A stretch of DNA of 30,587 nucleotides, from IMG/VR virus record IMGVR_UViG_3300032305_001540, positions 1 to 30,587 of that record; one strand, written 5' to 3'. Source of the stretch: a virus (lineage: Duplodnaviria > Caudoviricetes). The position numbers and the translations under genes were made by a program. Positions within the stretch are counted from its first letter, which is position 1; every line of letters starts with the position of its first letter. Positions 25,606 through 30,587 of this stretch are shown here, piece after piece. Under the pieces are notes generated by a model. The model was given only the letters and a program-made list of their open reading frames with translations, did no database searches and was not told the origin of the DNA.

Positions 25606-25713
25606 ATTTATTATCGCCACATGTCACATCCTGTGCCTCGTGGGCGATAATATTAGTGTAGTTGTTCGAGTGCCCTGCTGGTGGGGCGAATCACCAGCAT
25701 GGAGGATATCACT

Positions 25714-26124
25714 ATGGTCAGATTGACCGATGCACACGCAGAAGCCCTTGCCCTTGTTGGGACAGGCACACTCACCCGCACACAAGTGGAGAGCATCCTT
25801 GAGGTCTTCACCCATCGCTCACACATCTCTCACATCCCGTTCTACTTCAGTGAAGGCGCTCTGTCAGACGCATGCTTCACCGTTTACGCTTACACGGGGA
25901 AGCAGTATCTCAAGCTTGCAAGCGTCTCTGCTTCGTGCGACACCGATATCGAGCCAATCGTTCGCATGTTCATCCACAGTGAGACGTGGAGCGACCTTGA
26001 AGTCGAGCTTGTTGAAGGACACGATCACTGGGACTACCAGCTATCCTTCAAGGACAACACCAACAACGTGTTTGGTGGGTTCTTCTTCGCTCTCAGCCGG
26101 ATCCCGCTCAAGATCATCGACTAA
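25714..26124 (+). CDS. Hypothetical protein
   Basis: ATG 8 nt after GGAGG (MVRLTDAH...). Confidence 0.7.
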   Translation: MVRLTDAHAEALALVGTGTLTRTQVESILEVFTHRSHISHIPFYFSEGALSDACFTVYAYTGKQYLKLASVSASCDTDIEPIVRMFIHSETWSDLEVELVEGHDHWDYQLSFKDNTNNVFGGFFFALSRIPLKIID

Positions 26125-26131
26125 ACACTCA

Positions 26132-26161
26132 GCCCTCCTGCCTCGGCAGGGGGGCATTTTT
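26132..26161 (+). terminator. Intrinsic terminator
   Basis: GCCCTCCTGC-CTCG-GCAGGGGGGC followed by ATTTTT. Confidence 0.8.
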
Positions 26162-26210
26162 GCAAACCACACGCAGGGCACGCAGGTACACCCACTAGAC
26201 TGGAGAGATT

Positions 26211-26372
26211 ATGTCACTCATCGAATTCATTGCCGGATGCATAGGCATCCCTATGGTTGCTTTTGGCTTGGTTTTGGCACCACTACTTCTCATTGCGATG
26301 GTACTCTCACCATTGATGCCTTTTCTTGAGCTTTTCTGCGCTCTCAACGACAAGCGCATCAGGAAGGGATGA
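26211..26372 (+). CDS. Small membrane protein (53 aa)
   Basis: Read by hand: MSLIEFIAGCIGIPMVAFGLVLAPLLLIAMVLSPLMPFLELFCALNDKRIRKG. SD GGAG. Confidence 0.62.
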   Translation: MSLIEFIAGCIGIPMVAFGLVLAPLLLIAMVLSPLMPFLELFCALNDKRIRKG

Positions 26373-26767
26373 TTATGAGCAAGGAAACATACATCGTACG
26401 CGAGCTGCTCAACCGTTGGGGCAGGGAAGCAGACCCAGAGCTTCAAGATAACTGGCACAACGTCCGCTACAACATTTGGCAGCATAGAGATGGTGCCACA
26501 ATGGTTACACTTCAATGGGCAGCACTAAAGCTTGACATTGCAACATTCAAATTGCCTGAGACAACTGATCAAGATCCAACAACAGATCAAATGCTCGTAT
26601 TCAATAAGCCTGGACGACATCCGATGTTCGTAGCACAGAGCAAATACAAGGAAGGAGACTTAGTAACCGTACCTGAAGTCGTTGATGCGTTTCTCGCACA
26701 CGAATGGACGCCACACTGGATGTGCCAGACGTGTAGGAAACGGATCCAGAGAAAGCTGTTCCCATAA
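26369..26767 (+). CDS. Hypothetical protein
   Basis: 132 aa, coupled to both neighbours. Confidence 0.68.
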   Translation: MIMSKETYIVRELLNRWGREADPELQDNWHNVRYNIWQHRDGATMVTLQWAALKLDIATFKLPETTDQDPTTDQMLVFNKPGRHPMFVAQSKYKEGDLVTVPEVVDAFLAHEWTPHWMCQTCRKRIQRKLFP

Positions 26768-27282
26768 TGAAGTTCTACAGAGTGCAAGTGACCGGCAAAG
26801 CAAACAGATGGGAGTGGACTCTTAACTACGAACATGCCAAGTCTGTTGCACTTGAATGGGCAAAAGCAACCACACTCAATCGAGACACAAACACGATCGC
26901 TGTTGACCTAGTCAACTTCAGCTACAGAAAGTATGCCGACATCATAGACATACTCAATGGCATAAGACCCATGCAACGCGTCTACATGATCGCTATAGAC
27001 GAAGGCATCGTGAAGTCCGAAACAGAATGGAAGGCAAGACATCGTAAACATTACGACCCTGTAAACACAAGCGCACACCCAACACACAAACACGCTGATT
27101 GGATACAGACCATACATAAGATACCGGAATACCAAGCGATCATCAGATCAGCACCAGACCCTAAGTCATGCATGCTGGCCCTCAAAATCGCCAAGATCGA
27201 CGTTAGCTTATCTGGGTACCCGATTAATCCATCCGTTGTACGTTATTGTTGGGATTGGGTTAACTGCAAAAGCAGATCGTGA
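26767..27282 (+). CDS. Hypothetical protein
   Basis: 171 aa, TAATG coupling. Confidence 0.68.
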   Translation: MKFYRVQVTGKANRWEWTLNYEHAKSVALEWAKATTLNRDTNTIAVDLVNFSYRKYADIIDILNGIRPMQRVYMIAIDEGIVKSETEWKARHRKHYDPVNTSAHPTHKHADWIQTIHKIPEYQAIIRSAPDPKSCMLALKIAKIDVSLSGYPINPSVVRYCWDWVNCKSRS

Positions 27283-27388
27283 TAGACTTCTCCTGTACGG
27301 AGAAACGAAGACGGGCTACCCGTGACAGAGGTAGCCCGTTGAGCTAGAGGAGGTAGGACAAAACATTCGCTCACTGTGAGTATACATC

Positions 27389-27793
27389 ATGGCGAGTACA
27401 GAATCACAATTTCAAACACTTGTTCGAAACACGCTGGGTTTTCTTGGATATACCGTGATGGAGACAGGGAAGGCACGCCGTAAGGTTCAATGCCCACGCT
27501 GTAAGAATCTACACTATCCAACCGGATGGCAAGGTAACTCCCTTGGATGCCCAGACTTATACGTTCATTGTCAACACTGGCAACTGCCAGTAGCACTCGG
27601 CATCGAGCTTAAAACCAAGACAGGCACTGTTCGTAAAGAACAAAAATGCATGGCAGATCAAAACATGACCATCATTTGTCGCACCTTGGAACAAGTTCTG
27701 GATGCGCTGCTTAAATACGAACGCATCTACGGATGCCCTAAACAGGTTGAAAGACTGGAGAAGTTTATTGAACGCAACACCTTTGGAAGTTGA
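27389..27793 (+). CDS. VRR-NUC / PD-(D/E)XK nuclease (possible resolvase) with a zinc motif
   Basis: TESQFQ, GCPDL, IELKTKTG..RKEQ and CPRC motifs. Confidence 0.8.
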   Translation: MASTESQFQTLVRNTLGFLGYTVMETGKARRKVQCPRCKNLHYPTGWQGNSLGCPDLYVHCQHWQLPVALGIELKTKTGTVRKEQKCMADQNMTIICRTLEQVLDALLKYERIYGCPKQVERLEKFIERNTFGS

Positions 27794-28448
27794 TTGGTTT
27801 TTTACTGTTGACCACGACCCTCGTGGCATGTGCTATGTCGCTGAAGGCGAAGACGGAAGCACACTTATTGCCGGTACAGGACAACACGATTGCGTGTTTG
27901 TAGCTGACACGCCTGAGCTGCTCTTGCAGCTGGTCGAAAAAATCCGTGGATTCTCAGATGAAAGCATCATTGCTCGTCCCATCACTTGGTCAAGCCTTGG
28001 ACAATGCTTCCGCATGATTGTGTATCGCAACAAGATGCGCTTGTTGATGGGCGGTAAAGGATGGATTGCTTCGTCACTGACATACACTCCATCGACGAAG
28101 TCGAAGCTCATCTGTGACCCACAGACAACAGTCGTAACAGCTGAGTATAAAGGCGAATGGATCACGCACGACCAAGCCATTATCGTTGGCACGTCACTCG
28201 AAGATTTGTTCACCAACCTGTCTAGATGCGAAGTCAACGTCGATACATACAAGGACATGGACAATCTCAAATTTGTCGTGTACCCACTACTTAAGTTTGC
28301 AGATGGTGGAACTGTGTATTACCATGGCGTTACGCACAACGTTCAAGAAGCCCTCATGAATAACTATGGCTTTGTGACCGAGGTGCTCGGAGGCGATGAA
28401 GAAGACAAGCTCATCGCCAAATTGGAGGAGGAACCAAATGAAGATTGA
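27768..28448 (+). CDS. Hypothetical protein
   Basis: Long ORF; TTG 27768 after GGAG preferred, start uncertain. Confidence 0.65.
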   Translation: MNATPLEVDWFFTVDHDPRGMCYVAEGEDGSTLIAGTGQHDCVFVADTPELLLQLVEKIRGFSDESIIARPITWSSLGQCFRMIVYRNKMRLLMGGKGWIASSLTYTPSTKSKLICDPQTTVVTAEYKGEWITHDQAIIVGTSLEDLFTNLSRCEVNVDTYKDMDNLKFVVYPLLKFADGGTVYYHGVTHNVQEALMNNYGFVTEVLGGDEEDKLIAKLEEEPNED

Positions 28449-29061
28449 AGACCACTTGGTCAAAATGAAAGGGGGCAAGCTTTATGCCCCCGTGTACGTC
28501 AGGATTGCACTATTCCGTGAAGACCATCCCGTTGCTGACGGGTGGGGAATCAACGCTGAAGTCATCAACACAGATGAGTCATCCTGCTTGGCACGTGCTG
28601 AGATTGTTGACCCACAAGGACGCGTTGTATCTACAGGTCACAAACGTGAGCACAAAGCACACTTCCCAGACTTTGAAGAAAAGGCATTGACCGGTGCTGT
28701 TGGACGCGCACTACTCATGGCCGGGTACGGCACACAATACGCGCTTGACGAACTGGATGAGGGTGAACGCATCGTTGACGCACCAATCCCAGGCACCATG
28801 CAGATGAACGCTACACCAACTGTCACGAAGTCTGATCCACAGGTTGAGTACAAGCTTGCTGCAACCAACTTCATGAACGAATGCAAGCGTATCCTCGGCC
28901 CGGACATCGTGCCAGCTGACGCTAAGTCTGTGTACGCTCGGATGTTTGGCACAGAGACGATGACTACTGACAACCTCAAGACTGCATTGGTTCGCATGAA
29001 CGAATACGCAGACCTTGAAGCAGATCGGTTTGCTGCAGATCTTCTGGAGGACGAAGACTAA
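28438..29061 (+). CDS. Rad52-like single-strand annealing protein (recombinase)
   Basis: GKLYAPVYVRIALFREDHP...EKALTGAVGRAL..AGYGTQ. SD GGAGG; sits in the recombination module. Confidence 0.62.
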   Translation: MKIEDHLVKMKGGKLYAPVYVRIALFREDHPVADGWGINAEVINTDESSCLARAEIVDPQGRVVSTGHKREHKAHFPDFEEKALTGAVGRALLMAGYGTQYALDELDEGERIVDAPIPGTMQMNATPTVTKSDPQVEYKLAATNFMNECKRILGPDIVPADAKSVYARMFGTETMTTDNLKTALVRMNEYADLEADRFAADLLEDED

Positions 29062-29648
29062 TGGAAAATCAAAACAACGATGGACTCATCCGTGAAAACG
29101 GATGGGTCATCGACTCAAACACTGGTGAAGTTGTTGGCGCGTACGGATGGCTCGAAACCGGCGCTGTTGAATCTGAGCAAGACCTTTGGATCCTTCAGAA
29201 AAAGATGCTTGACGTTGACTCCCTCATCATTGGTGAACGTGCGCAGCTCAAGCGCATCCAAGAGATGTGTGAGAAGCGAATCAAGGCTCTTGAGTCAAGA
29301 CGTAGTTGGATGGAACTCAAGTATGGCGTAACTGCAACAGAGGTAGCGCGCGAGCTGTTACCTCGTAACAAAAAAACATACACAAGCCCATACGGTGAAA
29401 TTACTTTCCGCAGCAGTAAAGCAAAGATCAAGTTCACCAATCAGGAAGCAGCTGTTGCGTGGGCTAAGTGTTATCAACCTGACGCTATTAAGGTTGCCGA
29501 GTCTGTGCTTGTATCTAAGCTTTCAGCGCAATCGGTAAGCGACTTGACTACATACGAAGGAATCCGACCTGATGGTTGCGAGATCACACCAGAGCAAGAA
29601 GTAGTGAAGTTTGTCGGCTTGAAGGAGCCAGCACCTGATGAAGACTGA
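29061..29648 (+). CDS. Mu Gam / Siphovirus Gp157-like protein
   Basis: Coiled coil followed by KKTYTSPYGEITFR..K; adjacent to the annealing protein. Confidence 0.6.
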   Translation: MENQNNDGLIRENGWVIDSNTGEVVGAYGWLETGAVESEQDLWILQKKMLDVDSLIIGERAQLKRIQEMCEKRIKALESRRSWMELKYGVTATEVARELLPRNKKTYTSPYGEITFRSSKAKIKFTNQEAAVAWAKCYQPDAIKVAESVLVSKLSAQSVSDLTTYEGIRPDGCEITPEQEVVKFVGLKEPAPDED

Positions 29649-30198
29649 TGTAGTCCGCATCGGCGGAATACCCGACAACGTACACGTATCGGAGGCAGGG
29701 ATCCAGTTTACTGGTGAACTGTCTTACGAGCATTGGGAACACCTGATGCAAGTGCTAGTCAAAATGGAGGACGCATTTCAGTGGGCACTCGGTGATGCGC
29801 TCAACTACGGCGAAGGTCGATACGGTGAGAAGTACACACAAGCCATGGAACTCACCGGACACAAGTATCAAAGCTTGGCGAACTATTCGTGGGTAGCACG
29901 CAATGTACCAATTGGTGTCAGGAATCCTAAGTTATCGTGGACACACCATCGTGTTGTATGTAAACTATCACACGATGAGCAGAAGCGGTTACTCAGTGAA
30001 GCGTTTGAGAAACAGTGGTCTGTAGACGTACTGGCTGACATCATACGTGGCGAAGTACTCACACAACGAGTACGCGATCAGGTCGAAGTGCCACCAGGTT
30101 TGTCTGTAAATGCAGCGAAACAACTGCTAGAATCTGCAGCTTGCGTAAGCCGTGACGGGGTGCAAGTCTGTCAGATATGCCCATTCAAAGGTAGGTAG
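29638..30198 (+). CDS. LmbU-like DNA-binding protein
   Basis: WALGDALNYGE.RYGEKY...LSWTHHRVV motif pattern. Confidence 0.6.
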   Translation: MKTDVVRIGGIPDNVHVSEAGIQFTGELSYEHWEHLMQVLVKMEDAFQWALGDALNYGEGRYGEKYTQAMELTGHKYQSLANYSWVARNVPIGVRNPKLSWTHHRVVCKLSHDEQKRLLSEAFEKQWSVDVLADIIRGEVLTQRVRDQVEVPPGLSVNAAKQLLESAACVSRDGVQVCQICPFKGR

Positions 30199-30200
30199 AA

Positions 30201-30587
30201 ATGATTGGTATGTTCAAAGGGTCTCACGTTACACAACGGAGACTAGACAAGGGGTTCGTGGTACTTCACCACGAACTTCTTCCGTTTTTGAAGGACTTTA
30301 GCGGATCAGAATGGTTAGTCCTAACTGCACTCGCGTTACGTGCTGACGAAACTGGCTACAGTTACCCCTCTATTTCGACCATACGCGAGGATACTGGCCT
30401 AAGTGAACGAGTAGTCCAGCAATCTATCAAAAGCCTCTCTATGGTCACGACAGAGCGTAAATACACGGTCATTCGTGTTGATACTCGGCACGTTGATAAC
30501 GGTCGTCGCACTACAAACGGGTACATCATCATGCCTGATGGCTTTGGAGAGGGTGCAGAAAACACAGGGGGGGAGGGTGCAGAAAAC
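30201..30587 (+). CDS. Replication initiator with an N-terminal winged HTH (HTH_36-like), truncated by the window edge
   Basis: Not in the ORF track. MIGMFKG...ADETGYSYPSISTIREDTGLSERVVQQSIKSL..., followed by internal direct repeats. Confidence 0.75.
   Translation, partial: MIGMFKGSHVTQRRLDKGFVVLHHELLPFLKDFSGSEWLVLTALALRADETGYSYPSISTIREDTGLSERVVQQSIKSLSMVTTERKYTVIRVDTRHVDNGRRTTNGYIIMPDGFGEGAENTGGEGAEN
30549..30587 (+). repeat. Iterons inside the initiator gene (probable origin)
   Basis: GAGGGTGCAGAAAAC at 30549 and 30573 (24-bp period), a lambda O-like arrangement. Confidence 0.65.

Noticed and set aside
1-30587. tRNA, rRNA, reverse transcriptase/DGR, transposase or integrase genes; host assignment
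   Set aside because: None recognised by eye (tRNAscan-SE and HMM searches would be needed to exclude them). The sequence alone does not support naming a host.

Overview
This window is part of a tailed dsDNA (Caudoviricetes-type) phage genome with two divergent arms. The left arm (1-15900, mostly minus strand) carries the head and packaging module (probable decoration protein, major capsid, scaffold, portal, TerL, TerS). It also carries a cluster of small basic proteins, a LuxR-type and an XRE-type regulator, SSB, a CHAP-type endolysin, dUTPase and a metallophosphoesterase. A G-tract/AT-alternating non-coding junction lies at about 15950-16112. The right arm (+ strand) opens with the most unusual part: a ~6.9 kb array (16117-22969) of nine copies of a degenerate ~120-160 bp intergenic element. 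Each copy has fixed-spaced boxes, covarying inverted repeats and a TAT-starting -10-like hexamer exactly 19 bp after a T(A/G)GTTRTGGT(G/C) box. Copies 1-8 each head a cassette of 1-2 small unrelated ORFs closed by a hairpin. The cassettes reuse a small kit of RNA parts: a 33-34 nt leader hairpin (4x), SD-in-loop hairpins, GTGACAG-loop hairpins, kink-turn hairpins (2x), a possible pseudoknot (one copy inside the array, one outside) and UUCG terminators. Copy 9 carries no gene but leads into iteron-like repeats that match repeats inside the replication-initiator gene at the right edge. Genes for a VRR-NUC nuclease, a Rad52-like annealing protein, a Gam/Gp157-like protein, an LmbU-like protein and an initiator follow. 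Family calls come from motif recognition by eye, not from database searches.
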